A stretch of DNA of 64,000 nt from a virus. Positions 1 to 9,727 of this stretch are shown here, in pieces (within the stretch, counting starts at the first letter, position 1; every line of letters starts with the position of its first letter). The position numbers and the translations under genes are program-made. The stretch is taken from positions 64,001 through 128,000 of IMG/VR virus record IMGVR_UViG_3300028569_002586; one strand, written 5' to 3'. The notes below the pieces were generated by a model. It did not search any database, had not been told where the DNA came from, and saw nothing but the letters and a program-made list of their open reading frames with translations.

Positions 1-432
1 TATGCTGAGATATTCTTCTTGTGTCAATTTAACATGTGTAGGCTTGCCAAAGAAATATGTGGAAGAAGCTGCTGCAACATTTGTTGAAGAAACCCCGTTA
101 GCATATGATACAACAGGGTATACTAGTGCACTGAAACTATCAGAGGTATCAATGCCTGATCCTTCGCCATATGGCATTCTGTATACTAAAACATCAGAAG
201 GGCTTTGAAAAACTGCTTTAACAGTGTGGTAGAAATATCTTTCTGCACCATTGGTAGGTTGGCCGTAAATTTGTTCAAATTCTGATAGGCTTCCAACTTT
301 AATTGCTTCTGAAACAGGGCCTTTTGTAGCGAAACCAGGGATTAAAACTGTTGTTGCAGCATTACCAACTGCTCGCAATGAAAGATCTATCTCACTTATT
401 TGTACACCAGGACTTTGAATTACGCGCGCCAT
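1..432 (-). CDS. Tail sheath protein (T4 gp18-like), N-terminal part; runs off the window edge
   Basis: Not in the ORF track. Read by hand from ATG at 432: MARVIQSPGVQISEIDLS...GFATKGPV...SLSEFEQIYGQPTN, the typical sheath N-terminus (SPGV.x.EID, GP, F...YG.P). TAAATA sits 6 nt upstream. Confidence 0.9.
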   Translation of the reverse strand, partial: MARVIQSPGVQISEIDLSLRAVGNAATTVLIPGFATKGPVSEAIKVGSLSEFEQIYGQPTNGAERYFYHTVKAVFQSPSDVLVYRMPYGEGSGIDTSDSFSALVYPVVSYANGVSSTNVAAASSTYFFGKPTHVKLTQEEYLSI

Positions 433-475
433 ATAAAGTATTTATTGATTCTGAACTAAAGTTTTGAAAAAAAAA

Positions 476-1105
476 TTATAAACTGTCAACATTTTCTACT
501 AATCTTACATAGAATTGTGAATAAGCAAAGGTAAAAGAGGTTTCTAGTTCATTTGAAGTGCGGTAATTTAAATCTAAAGCACCTAAGCTTATTGGAAAAG
601 CTTTTTTAAAAATAAATTCTACAGTGCGTTTATCATATTCATCTAGAGAAAATAAAGACAAGTCAGCAGTATAATCAATGTCCACAATGGGTTTTTTAGC
701 TCTATCAGTTGGATTAAAAAATTTACCTGTAAGATTATTTTTATCATACAAACCTGTGGCATCATCATTCAAGAAATTAAGCCAAGAGTATATTGTCCAA
801 TAATTGTTGAATCTGTTGTCCACAGTGAACCCTACAGAAACAGGGTCCCATGCAGGGCGTGTGAGACTGGATTGTGCGTATGTCTGACCTCCATATAATG
901 TATCAACTTTGGGTATATTGATTGCAGGTATGGCAGCAGAAAAAACAGAAAACTGAATAGAGTCAAAAGATACTTTTTCATCTCTTCTTTCAAACTTGCT
1001 ATCTGTCTTTCTTATGCTAGGTGGCAAATTGAGAACCAGTAAAAATTTATCTTGACGTTGTTTGTTAAAAGGGCTTTGAATGTATGTGCTGTTCAGATCT
1101 GTCAT
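476..1105 (-). CDS. Tail completion / tube terminator protein (T4 gp3-like)
   Basis: FTVDNRFNNYWTIYSWL and FKKAFPISLG...FTFAYSQF resemble the gp3/gp19 tube fold; next to the sheath gene. Confidence 0.65.
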   Translation of the reverse strand: MTDLNSTYIQSPFNKQRQDKFLLVLNLPPSIRKTDSKFERRDEKVSFDSIQFSVFSAAIPAINIPKVDTLYGGQTYAQSSLTRPAWDPVSVGFTVDNRFNNYWTIYSWLNFLNDDATGLYDKNNLTGKFFNPTDRAKKPIVDIDYTADLSLFSLDEYDKRTVEFIFKKAFPISLGALDLNYRTSNELETSFTFAYSQFYVRLVENVDSL

Positions 1106-2799
1106 TTTAGAAACCTCCAGCCTTGTCCTTGCAAGTCACTGACATCATTGAAATTGTTTTCATTATTTCCTTGCATGATAATAGGCAAGGGTGTGAAAGC
1201 TGTTCTGTCTTTTTCATTGTTGTATGAACTTGATGGGTTCACATAATATTTAATGCCATAGTCCAGTGCTCGTATCTTTAACGGTTTTTTATTGTCATCA
1301 AATTCCACAATCTCAAGATACTTTTCTGCTAACTCATTTTCAAGAATAATTAAAGCCCATACCAGAGACATCACTCTGTCATCCCAATTGTCTGCTCCAG
1401 GTTTGGTACTCCATGTGCCATTGGCATGACGAATAAAATTCTTAAGCTCAATGAGCGTTTGCATATCACGAATCTTGACCACTCTTAGCTCATTAATCCA
1501 GTAGCGCATATTGGTGATGCCTTTATACTTTGTATTAGTGTGGGCTTGTACACCAATTTTATTGACCAGTGCTCTGATGCCATATGAAACAATGTTTTCA
1601 TAATTGTGAGTATTTTTAAGTTGATCGACAACCTGGGCACCACAATTGTTCCTTTCAATTAGTGCCAGAGGCGCACCCCAGTGCTGCAATATGTCAAAAA
1701 GTTTAGCAGTAAAATTATAAGGAGAAATGTTTCTATTATGATAAGTGGCAACTTGAGTGATGTTTCTAAGATCAGTTATATCTAGTATTTGTATGACACT
1801 TGCAGCTTCACCAACACCTTCACTTATATCCACACCAGCCACATACACATGATCTTGCTTAAAAGTGTCCCACAACAGATAGCTACCCTCATCATACACA
1901 AATTCAGGCTCCATTACTTCAGCTTTTAATTCTTCGAAAAGCTTTTCATTAATAGAACTCTCTCCTGTTTGAATAAACTCATTACAGAATTCTTGACTAA
2001 ATGCTTCAACGCTGCCTAGAGTGCGGATGGTCTTTTCTTTCCATTCCTCATCTCTGCCTGGAACTTCCCACCAATCCACTCTTTCAGAGTGCCATCCATT
2101 TTTACCTTCAAGTGCACCAGTGTAGAGTTCATGAAAAAGATTTCCTGTACCGTTTGGAGTTGAAGCAACAAATATTTTTGATTTCTTGGAACTGGATATG
2201 ATGGGATATACAGATTTCCAAAAAGCTTCTACAAGATGATTGTCAATAAAAGCTAATTCATCTAATATAAGGCAATTTACAGATGAACCTCTGCCTGCAT
2301 CACTTGATGTAGTAGAAATGCCAATGGAGCTTCCATTGCCCAGGGTCATGGAAGTTTTGCCATACTCTACAGCGCCAGGCTTTATGTAATTAGGTAGCTG
2401 CTCATAAGCTAATCGTATTCTCTTGAAAATGTTAATTGCTGTACTCTCTTTGTTTGCCACAACTAATATGTTCTGATCTTCATTGAAGCATGCAACCCAC
2501 AAGGCATATATGGTCATCATGGTACTTTTGCCTGATTGTCTAGAAGAAAGCAGCACAACAAATCTGTTATCCCTCAATGCTCTCAAGATTTTTTTCTGAT
2601 ATCCATGCAGAGCAATTTTTTCACGACCTCTGTCAAGATTTACTATATAAAAAAAGTTTTCTGCAAAATATAAAATATTTTTTCTGCACTTATCAATGTC
2701 TTTTACCCATTCAGGGTGATCAGCATAATTAAATGATGCATCAGGCCGTGGTAGATTTTGATTACCAAGATAAAATTGTTTGCTGTTCTTATCGGTCAT
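1102..2799 (-). CDS. Terminase large subunit (gp17-like)
   Basis: Walker A SRQSGKS, Walker B LILDE, STPNG motif, nuclease residues GVDIS and DDRVMS. Confidence 0.97.
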   Translation of the reverse strand: MTDKNSKQFYLGNQNLPRPDASFNYADHPEWVKDIDKCRKNILYFAENFFYIVNLDRGREKIALHGYQKKILRALRDNRFVVLLSSRQSGKSTMMTIYALWVACFNEDQNILVVANKESTAINIFKRIRLAYEQLPNYIKPGAVEYGKTSMTLGNGSSIGISTTSSDAGRGSSVNCLILDELAFIDNHLVEAFWKSVYPIISSSKKSKIFVASTPNGTGNLFHELYTGALEGKNGWHSERVDWWEVPGRDEEWKEKTIRTLGSVEAFSQEFCNEFIQTGESSINEKLFEELKAEVMEPEFVYDEGSYLLWDTFKQDHVYVAGVDISEGVGEAASVIQILDITDLRNITQVATYHNRNISPYNFTAKLFDILQHWGAPLALIERNNCGAQVVDQLKNTHNYENIVSYGIRALVNKIGVQAHTNTKYKGITNMRYWINELRVVKIRDMQTLIELKNFIRHANGTWSTKPGADNWDDRVMSLVWALIILENELAEKYLEIVEFDDNKKPLKIRALDYGIKYYVNPSSSYNNEKDRTAFTPLPIIMQGNNENNFNDVSDLQGQGWRFLK

Positions 2800-2804
2800 T
2801 TACA

Positions 2805-2814
2805 TAAATATTTA
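2805..2814. promoter_or_regulatory. Palindromic TAAATATTTA; putative bidirectional late promoter
   Basis: TAAATA on both strands, 5 nt before ATG 2816 (+) and 9 nt before the terminase ATG 2799 (-). Confidence 0.6.
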
Positions 2815-2815
2815 C

Positions 2816-3673
2816 ATGAACAAAGCACGCGAACTAGTAGAAATGGGAAATCTTTATAATGAGAAGGTTACGTTCCCTCCAAAGGGTACATTTGAATTGG
2901 CAAAAGATGCTAAAGAGAAGAAAAAACCTTTTGTTGGTAAGCCTACAGGTCCTGAAGGCTCACAAGGATTCAGGCAAGATGCCATTACAGACCCTAAAGT
3001 TACTAAGAATAAAGAAACCTTTCAAGACGTGAAAAAGTTTTCCGCAGAAAAATTTCATGAAAAAGTTGGAAAAAGTGAGACCAAGAATATAAATAATTGT
3101 ATGAGCAACATATTTGATAAACTTTTTGAAGACGTAATGGGCCTTTCCCAAGATGATCAAGACGCACAAGATCTTGGTCTACCAGCAGCTGCTGGTGCTG
3201 AGAAAGCCGAAACCCCAGAGGGCGGTGAAGAGACAGTAACCATTACTCTTGACAAAGCTCTTGCTCAGAAGCTTCATGACGTTTTGATGTCTGCCATGGG
3301 TGGTGAAGAAGAAGTTCCTGAAGCCCCAGAAGGGGAAGAAAATGCTGAACATTCAGAGGACCATGGAAATGGTGAACAAGAGAATGCTGAAGAAATTGCT
3401 GGTGAAGGCACTGAGACGACAGAAGTCAAACCTGCTGCAGGTCAGTCTTTGCAGGGTAAAAGCAATAAAGTTGGTGGAACAGTAGATAGTCTTGTTGCTA
3501 AAGGCGGTGGAGATGGCAAAGTTAAGAGTGAAGTTGATGGCAAAGGTAAGGATGAAGGTCATGCCTTAGTTGGTAGCGGTGTCAAGGGTGGTGCTCCAAC
3601 ATCTCCTAAAGGGAAAGCCAATGTAGTAGCTGGTAAAGCTTCTAATGTTGGTCATTATCTCTTCCAGAAATAA
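2816..3673 (+). CDS. Hypothetical late protein, acidic and Gly-rich; likely head-associated
   Basis: ORF 2780..3673 with start moved to ATG 2816 behind TAAATA; followed by a terminator. Confidence 0.7.
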   Translation: MNKARELVEMGNLYNEKVTFPPKGTFELAKDAKEKKKPFVGKPTGPEGSQGFRQDAITDPKVTKNKETFQDVKKFSAEKFHEKVGKSETKNINNCMSNIFDKLFEDVMGLSQDDQDAQDLGLPAAAGAEKAETPEGGEETVTITLDKALAQKLHDVLMSAMGGEEEVPEAPEGEENAEHSEDHGNGEQENAEEIAGEGTETTEVKPAAGQSLQGKSNKVGGTVDSLVAKGGGDGKVKSEVDGKGKDEGHALVGSGVKGGAPTSPKGKANVVAGKASNVGHYLFQK

Positions 3674-3689
3674 TAGATACTTACAAAAT

Positions 3690-3723
3690 AAAAAAAGCCT
3701 AACGAAAGTTAGGCTTTTTTTTT
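3690..3723. terminator. Intrinsic terminator, probably bidirectional
   Basis: A7-GCCTAAC-GAAA-GTTAGGC-T9. Confidence 0.9.
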
Positions 3724-3737
3724 GATTAAATAACTAC

Positions 3738-4046
3738 ATGGACTCTTTTAAGAAATTTTTCAATATTAACATAGGCACAAAGAAGAGGCACATGCATCCT
3801 ATTCTGAATACCAAGCGTCCACATGAAACAGTGCCAGTCATGCATAGAACCAAGAAAGACATCTACAAGTTTAAGATACTAAAGAAGATGCAGTCAGGTA
3901 CAAAGATTATAACAAATCGTGAAGCACAAGAATTAATGAAAAGATTCAATGTAAAATTCTCTACAGACAATAAGGCCACTCTAGGCAACACAGGCATTTC
4001 ACTATACAAAAATCCAAATGGGGAAGGTTATATTTTACACAAATGA
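3738..4046 (+). CDS. Hypothetical basic late protein
   Basis: TAAATA at 3727-3732, 5 nt before ATG; ATGA overlap with the next gene. Confidence 0.7.
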   Translation: MDSFKKFFNINIGTKKRHMHPILNTKRPHETVPVMHRTKKDIYKFKILKKMQSGTKIITNREAQELMKRFNVKFSTDNKATLGNTGISLYKNPNGEGYILHK

Positions 4047-4786
4047 CAAACGAAGATTGCACAAATTATTTCAAGGGTAATCCTGATATAAAGACATATC
4101 CAGAGTCAAAGAATACTACAAATGATTGCTTTTCATTTGTTGATAAAGATAATACAGCAGGTGAAAGAGATTTGTATTCTAACTACTGGAAAGAACAGAT
4201 TGGTCTGTATGGTCAAAAAGTAGGGTATATTCTGCATAACTATAACCTCAACTTGAGCGGCAATAATCTGTATGGAGAGCAACCTACCCAGCAATATTCG
4301 CCACCTGTGACAATTAAGATGCTGGTTAATTTGAATGAAAATGCCTTGATGCTTTCAAAGTATGGATTGCAGTCAGATGATGAGTTGACTGCTTTTGTGC
4401 ACATTAGCTCTTTCTATGAAGCTTTTGGATATGGTGCAGAGCCAAAATCTGGTGACTTGTTCCAGCTAACAGAATATGGTGATGACAGGCCAGGTGGCAG
4501 AACAGGAAAGATATTTGAGATAACAGAGCGTCTGGATGAAGATGTGGCTCAAATTAACCCACTAATGGGTCATTATGTTTGGTTGTTAAAGGCTAAGCGC
4601 TTTGAATACAGCTTTGAACCAGGTCTTTCTGGAGGGGAAGTTGTTAACCAACAAGTGTTTGATGACACTAAAAACCCCAGTGCTTCAGGTGCTAGCAAGC
4701 CTTATTCATTCAGTGCGGATGTGGCGTCAAAAGATATATTTGATTATAGCAAGACAAATTATGATAGTGCTTACGGTGGTTATTAA
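4043..4786 (+). CDS. Neck / head-closure protein (gp14-like)
   Basis: LYGE, LSKYGLQSDDE, EPKSGDL and W.LKAKRFEYS match the gp14 pattern. Confidence 0.75.
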   Translation: MTNEDCTNYFKGNPDIKTYPESKNTTNDCFSFVDKDNTAGERDLYSNYWKEQIGLYGQKVGYILHNYNLNLSGNNLYGEQPTQQYSPPVTIKMLVNLNENALMLSKYGLQSDDELTAFVHISSFYEAFGYGAEPKSGDLFQLTEYGDDRPGGRTGKIFEITERLDEDVAQINPLMGHYVWLLKAKRFEYSFEPGLSGGEVVNQQVFDDTKNPSASGASKPYSFSADVASKDIFDYSKTNYDSAYGGY

Positions 4787-5043
4787 AGATCCAGATTGTT
4801 ATGCATTGTGACAGGCAAAGGCTTGTTTAAGCACAATGCAATGAACTCATCTGCTTCTCTGCATGTGGAAAATTCAACTTTTAGTTGGGTTCTATTTTCC
4901 TTGACAAAATTATACTCAAACTTATTATCTTTTTTTCTTATGGTAAGAAGCTTGTAGATGCCATCTTCAAAGAGCTTGGTCTTTGGATGTGCCTTGATTG
5001 AGTATTTGTTTACTTTAAAAGTGGTTCCGGAAATGAAATGCAT
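4783..5043 (-). CDS. Hypothetical protein
   Basis: ORF within an overlapping minus-strand gene run. Confidence 0.55.
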   Translation of the reverse strand: MHFISGTTFKVNKYSIKAHPKTKLFEDGIYKLLTIRKKDNKFEYNFVKENRTQLKVEFSTCREADEFIALCLNKPLPVTMHNNLDL

Positions 5044-5318
5044 ATGGGATTGCTTGTTGTTTGAATGTTAGTTTTTTCATTAAACTCAATTTCATCAACC
5101 ATGGATTCATGTCTTTCAACAATATATTTTTGAAAAGCAAGAGGCTTGATCCAATCAAAATCCTTGTTGCTGTTGAGTTTCATTTGATGAGCCTTCTTGC
5201 AGACCAATTCAATGCCTTCTATTAAGCTTAACCAACGAGCATACTCCACCATGCTCATCTTATGCTCTTTAGTTTTGCCTTGAATGTTAACTGCTTTTTT
5301 TGGTGTTTGAGATTCCAT
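5010..5318 (-). CDS. Hypothetical protein
   Basis: ORF within an overlapping minus-strand gene run. Confidence 0.65.
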   Translation of the reverse strand: MESQTPKKAVNIQGKTKEHKMSMVEYARWLSLIEGIELVCKKAHQMKLNSNKDFDWIKPLAFQKYIVERHESMVDEIEFNEKTNIQTTSNPICISFPEPLLK

Positions 5319-5730
5319 ATCCTATTATTATCATGAAAAGCTTGCGGGCGTCAAATACTTTTTTATCTATTTTTAAAGCATTTACTAGATTATTATGAAT
5401 GCTGAGATTATTTTCGAAGTTCTTAAAGATAGCTTCTAAGCTCTGTGTCATGGCTTGCTGTTTTTCAACCTCTATGGTTGTGTCCTTGAGCATATTACTA
5501 TAGAAATTAACAAACAAGAGCATGATATTTTTAAGAAAAGCGGCATCATCATTGTTGGAGGTTTTATAAAAATTATACCCTAAATCAAAATATTTTCTGA
5601 GTTCAAAAGGTATAATCTCCTGAATGCATTGGAAAAATTTATCAGCATCAAATTTTTGAGCTGGTGGTGCATCAAGAGAGGTTGCAGGTTTAACAGTAGT
5701 AATTGTGTCAATGCTATTCGAGTTTTGCAT
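5287..5730 (-). CDS. Hypothetical protein
   Basis: ORF 5287..5784; ATG at 5730 preferred because it reduces overlap with the upstream gene. Confidence 0.6.
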   Translation of the reverse strand: MQNSNSIDTITTVKPATSLDAPPAQKFDADKFFQCIQEIIPFELRKYFDLGYNFYKTSNNDDAAFLKNIMLLFVNFYSNMLKDTTIEVEKQQAMTQSLEAIFKNFENNLSIHNNLVNALKIDKKVFDARKLFMIIIGYGISNTKKSS

Positions 5731-6139
5731 TTGAAATAATTTCTGGCTTTGTTGTATCTGTATCAGCGATTGGCTCAGTAGCAATTGCTGTAAAGGGCTC
5801 TACTAGTACTGTTATTGTCTTCTGACAATCATTGCATTTGTATCTGTTGTCTGTATTGAATCTGAAAGGAACTAGCTGCTTTATTTGTTTGTGGCAAGGG
5901 CATTTCACCTCAACACCCTGATAGCTAAATTCCCGGATACGATCATTTTCCAGGGCCTTGTTCTTGAGCTCAACGTATGAATCTGTAAAGCGGTCAATGG
6001 CGTAGTTGATGACAAATTGTATGCATATGCCAAAGAACAATCCAAGGTAAAAATTTAATCCCATTGTGTTGAACACAACACCAGATATTACAGAGATAGA
6101 TGCAAGCAAAAATAATCTGAATAGTACTGATCCCATCAA
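5714..6139 (-). CDS. Membrane protein with two TM helices and a C-terminal Zn-ribbon-like motif
   Basis: Two hydrophobic N-terminal segments; CPC...CNDC. Confidence 0.65.
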   Translation of the reverse strand: MMGSVLFRLFLLASISVISGVVFNTMGLNFYLGLFFGICIQFVINYAIDRFTDSYVELKNKALENDRIREFSYQGVEVKCPCHKQIKQLVPFRFNTDNRYKCNDCQKTITVLVEPFTAIATEPIADTDTTKPEIISNAKLE

Positions 6140-6531
6140 TTCATTTTAATGGCAATTTTTAAATTATCAAGATTATTAACTGCTTTTGTGATGGATTTGG
6201 AAGCTTCTTCTAAATTTTTAATGGCCTCATGTATATTTGTGTTGTTGTTTTCTTCTTCTTTCAGAACAGGGTTATTCAATGAGCTTCTTGTGAGATTCAG
6301 GGATATGCCCAGATTTGTTATAACTGTTCCAAGAGCAGGAATTAAATTGTTAAGCGGGTAAGGAATGATGTTGTTGTTCATGACTTGGTTGGGGTATTGT
6401 CCACCTTCATTGGGCTTGCCAAGTAAATCCTTAATAAACACCTTTTTAGAGCTAAATTCTCTGGAAGCAATGCCTTGAACCCATTTGTTGTAATTCATCA
6501 CATCTTCTTCATTCAGAATAACATTATTCAC
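6136..6531 (-). CDS. Hypothetical protein
   Basis: GTG start 5 nt after TAAATA (6537-6542, - strand). Confidence 0.65.
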   Translation of the reverse strand: MNNVILNEEDVMNYNKWVQGIASREFSSKKVFIKDLLGKPNEGGQYPNQVMNNNIIPYPLNNLIPALGTVITNLGISLNLTRSSLNNPVLKEEENNNTNIHEAIKNLEEASKSITKAVNNLDNLKIAIKMN

Positions 6532-6563
6532 AGAAATATTTAATCATTTTCATAAATAATTGT

Positions 6564-6983
6564 ATGGATTTGTTTAAAAGAGCGTTCTCTGTTGTATTGG
6601 AGCAAGATAATGATGTTGAAGATGTAGCAGAACCAGGTGCAGCTGCTGCAACACCAGCTAATGATAGAGAGGCCATGGCACAAAAGCTTGATACAGCTAA
6701 GCCTGAAGATTTCGGTGTCAAGGGTGGTATCACTAATGTTGATGCCATCAAAGCAAAGCAAAAGGGCAAGCTCAGTGAATGGATTGGCAAGATTGATGAG
6801 TTTATTGAATACCTTAATGGTACAAATGATGGTTCTATCCAAACACAGTTGCATGCAGCGCAATGTGAAACTATTTTTCAAGATATTGCAAGAAGTGAGA
6901 AAAAGAAAATTGCAAGACTTGCAGCAGAGTTGAGTTCCTTGAGTGAATCCTTTAAGGGTTATCTTATTTCTTCCACCGACTAA
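6564..6983 (+). CDS. Hypothetical late protein
   Basis: TAAATA at 6553-6558, 5 nt before ATG; helical C-terminus. Confidence 0.75.
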   Translation: MDLFKRAFSVVLEQDNDVEDVAEPGAAAATPANDREAMAQKLDTAKPEDFGVKGGITNVDAIKAKQKGKLSEWIGKIDEFIEYLNGTNDGSIQTQLHAAQCETIFQDIARSEKKKIARLAAELSSLSESFKGYLISSTD

Positions 6984-8007
6984 TTTCAATCATTAGCAAT
7001 TTAGCTTTGATATCACTGAAAGAGTTTTGAATTACAAAATCAGTATCTAAGCTATTCATATTATTGGCAATACAATATTCATTTAAATCTTTGAATTCTT
7101 TGCCCATTTTCTCAGGCCATATAAAAACAGTTTCACCATTTTCAACTAACTTCATGGTTTTCTTTCTGCTAGCTGAATCATTCCATTGACTGTCTAAAAA
7201 CCAAACTTTTTTATAGAACTTGAAATTACTGAGCTGGTCAGTTTGTAGCTTGGTGAAATTAGCATTACTATTCTCTTGAATGCCTGCTACAGCTGTACCA
7301 TTTTTAATGAAGAAAGAATCAATTGGGCCTTCGAAAATAAAAACATATTCCAAATCTGAAGTTATGGTATTGATATTATATAATGATTTTTCACTGTTTA
7401 CCTTTGAGAGATATTTTGGGTAGTACTTTAAGCTATCATTTAATATTGTTCTGGATTGATAGAATATAATGTCATTGTTTTGATCATAAAATGGAATAAT
7501 AAGTCTATTTTTATGAACCTTATCAACAAGCGATAGCCACAGTGTTTGTGGTTTATTGATTGCAGTATGTAGCTTTCTCTTGACAATTAGTTTGAGAGCT
7601 TCTCTAACAATTGGATTATCTTTATAGTAGGTTAATTGCTGCTTGTCAAATAGATTAATTGAATCTTTTGGCAGCTTATTAACTGGTATTATTTTCTTAA
7701 CTTCAGGTTTATCGAGCAACAGATCGAGGGGTAGTATGTCAAAGTTTTTAGATTCATCAAAAATTTCTTTTGGTGTTAAGCAGGCTACTGTTTCAATCCA
7801 TTTGAAGGGGTTGCTAAACCAACCACAGTTGTGACAGCAGATATTATTTTTTTCGACAACATAATAACAGCGCCTCTTCTTGCCCCAAGATGCCCCTTCT
7901 CTGCATATAGGGCACCCAGCCTCATACACGTTGGTAAACTTCTTGAAGCGTGGATAACCAGCGTATTGGTAGAATTTCTGAACAATATACTCTCTAGGCA
8001 GTATCAC
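6964..8007 (-). CDS. DNA primase (gp61-like)
   Basis: Zn finger CPIC...CHNC, RLIIPF, TOPRIM FEGPIDS, KDLNE. Confidence 0.93.
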   Translation of the reverse strand: MILPREYIVQKFYQYAGYPRFKKFTNVYEAGCPICREGASWGKKRRCYYVVEKNNICCHNCGWFSNPFKWIETVACLTPKEIFDESKNFDILPLDLLLDKPEVKKIIPVNKLPKDSINLFDKQQLTYYKDNPIVREALKLIVKRKLHTAINKPQTLWLSLVDKVHKNRLIIPFYDQNNDIIFYQSRTILNDSLKYYPKYLSKVNSEKSLYNINTITSDLEYVFIFEGPIDSFFIKNGTAVAGIQENSNANFTKLQTDQLSNFKFYKKVWFLDSQWNDSASRKKTMKLVENGETVFIWPEKMGKEFKDLNEYCIANNMNSLDTDFVIQNSFSDIKAKLLMIEISRWKK

Positions 8008-8043
8008 TACTATAGTATACAGGAAGCAGATGCAAAGTTAAAC

Positions 8044-8232
8044 TTATTTTTGTTCGGGCTTTGTAATTTCTCTGATGGAGACAGTGCCTTTTCTGATAAA
8101 GGTGCCACTTGCTGGATCAATCCATTCAGCTTCAACAATCTCTTTATTTCCCCTTATATATGTCTTGAGGATGGGTCTGCACGGTTGTCCGCTTATGGGG
8201 GATACAATAACCTTTGGTTCTACCATGTCCAT
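8044..8232 (-). CDS. Small hypothetical protein
   Basis: ORF 8044..8334 with start moved to ATG 8232, 5 nt after TAAATA (8238-8243, - strand). Confidence 0.6.
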   Translation of the reverse strand: MDMVEPKVIVSPISGQPCRPILKTYIRGNKEIVEAEWIDPASGTFIRKGTVSIREITKPEQK

Positions 8233-8236
8233 ATTA

Positions 8237-8530
8237 CTATTTACTCTCAGATTGTGGAATTCTATAGTCAATAAGGTTTTTATTATACTGCACGTTACAC
8301 ACGTTAAACACTTTTCTTGGCAAGCGTTCCACAATGTCTATAATTTTATTATCCAACCCAAATTTAAATTTATCGCATGGCACTGTGCGTATCTTCATTT
8401 CTGGTAAAGAAAGAAAGAAGTCTTGACTGTCATTATTCTCCATGAAGACAAAGAGCTCTCCTAGATATTTGCCTCCTGTGATGGCATACACATATCCTTT
8501 CTTGGGGTGTGTTTTCTTAAAAAAAATCAT
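8237..8530 (-). CDS. Hypothetical protein
   Basis: ATGA overlap with the upstream epimerase gene. Confidence 0.65.
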   Translation of the reverse strand: MIFFKKTHPKKGYVYAITGGKYLGELFVFMENNDSQDFFLSLPEMKIRTVPCDKFKFGLDNKIIDIVERLPRKVFNVCNVQYNKNLIDYRIPQSESK

Positions 8531-9375
8531 ATGTGTTTTGATAGATCATAGATGCATCTATCTACAGCAGTAAGGGTATCAGAAAGCTCCAAGCCCATAC
8601 TACAGATTTTATCTGTTGCTAGCACACAATTAGATCTGCCAGCAATAATATTAAGTTTATCAATATCAACAAAAGTCCAGTTGGGATTAGTCATATTATG
8701 ATGTCTGAACATTTCAACAATATGTTTTGCATTAGTGGATGCAGTATTAACAACATTGTATATACCAGGTTTAAAGTTATGTAAGAATTTGAAAATAAAG
8801 GTGTTGAGATCATCGATGCTTGTTAGGCTGTTATCAAAGCTTATTAGATTATTGTATTTGAAGATTTTGTACAAGTAATTCTTTGATTCCAGAGTATTAG
8901 TAAAGGGCATTCTTATTCTCAAGATTGCAGCGTAGTCAAGATCTGTAACAGTTTCAAAGGCATGCTTGGTTTTTGAGTAAAAGCTTGAATCTGTGTAAAA
9001 AAGTCCAAAATTGGGTGCATCTTTTTCAGTGAATCTCTTTTCATATCCTGTGTATATGCAGCCGCTGGACACATGCATGCAAGGTACACTCAGATCTTTG
9101 CATACTTTGGTGATGATATTAGGAACAACAACGTTATAAAGCCAACATAAATCTTTATTCAACTCACATGCATCAACATTGGGTGCACCTGTGTATCCTG
9201 AACAATTAACAACTGCTGTTATTTTATTCTGTATAATAAAATCAATTAAATGTGAAGGCTTGCTATAGTCAATATCACTTTTTCCAATTAATGCGGACTT
9301 GAAATCTATATTATCAAAATAGTTCTTGAGTTTGGTACCAACAAAACCTTTGCCTAAAATAAGAGTATGAGACAT
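8527..9375 (-). CDS. NDP-4-keto-6-deoxyhexose epimerase/reductase (RmlD / NRS-ER-like SDR)
   Basis: LGKGFVG, GYTGAPNVDACE, SSGCIY, YSKTK (YxxxK), LRIRMP. Confidence 0.85.
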   Translation of the reverse strand: MSHTLILGKGFVGTKLKNYFDNIDFKSALIGKSDIDYSKPSHLIDFIIQNKITAVVNCSGYTGAPNVDACELNKDLCWLYNVVVPNIITKVCKDLSVPCMHVSSGCIYTGYEKRFTEKDAPNFGLFYTDSSFYSKTKHAFETVTDLDYAAILRIRMPFTNTLESKNYLYKIFKYNNLISFDNSLTSIDDLNTFIFKFLHNFKPGIYNVVNTASTNAKHIVEMFRHHNMTNPNWTFVDIDKLNIIAGRSNCVLATDKICSMGLELSDTLTAVDRCIYDLSKHI

Positions 9376-9406
9376 CTCTATAATAATAGAGGGGAGCTAG
9401 ATAATA

Positions 9407-9727
9407 TCAACTGTCTTCTCGGGAATTGCAATTTATAAAAAACTTATTTACAAGTGTTGCAAGAGAGTCAGCTTCTTGCTGATTATGTGCAGAGATAATA
9501 TTGACTGGTTCACCTTCTTCAGTGTAACCCAGTATGATGAAGCTATTGAGGAACTCTTGCACTGTGTGGTTTAATGCCTCGAGATCTTTTCTGCGATCTG
9601 ATTTTTCTAGTATTTTTTTGTGAAGAAATTTTTGAATTGCTTTGTTGGTGACGTCAGTAACTTCCTCGTGTTTGGCAGGATCAAAAGAATCAGAATTACT
9701 TTTCTGTTTGTTGGATGGTTTCTTCAT
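9407..9727 (-). CDS. Hypothetical protein
   Basis: TAAATA at 9734-9739 (-), 6 nt before ATG. Confidence 0.7.
   Translation of the reverse strand: MKKPSNKQKSNSDSFDPAKHEEVTDVTNKAIQKFLHKKILEKSDRRKDLEALNHTVQEFLNSFIILGYTEEGEPVNIISAHNQQEADSLATLVNKFFINCNSREDS

Noticed and set aside
2-208. Plus-strand 68-aa ORF in the track
   Set aside because: Antisense shadow of the tail sheath gene on the minus strand.
6540-6989. 149-aa minus-strand ORF
   Set aside because: Antisense to 6564..6983, which has the late promoter and a plausible protein composition.
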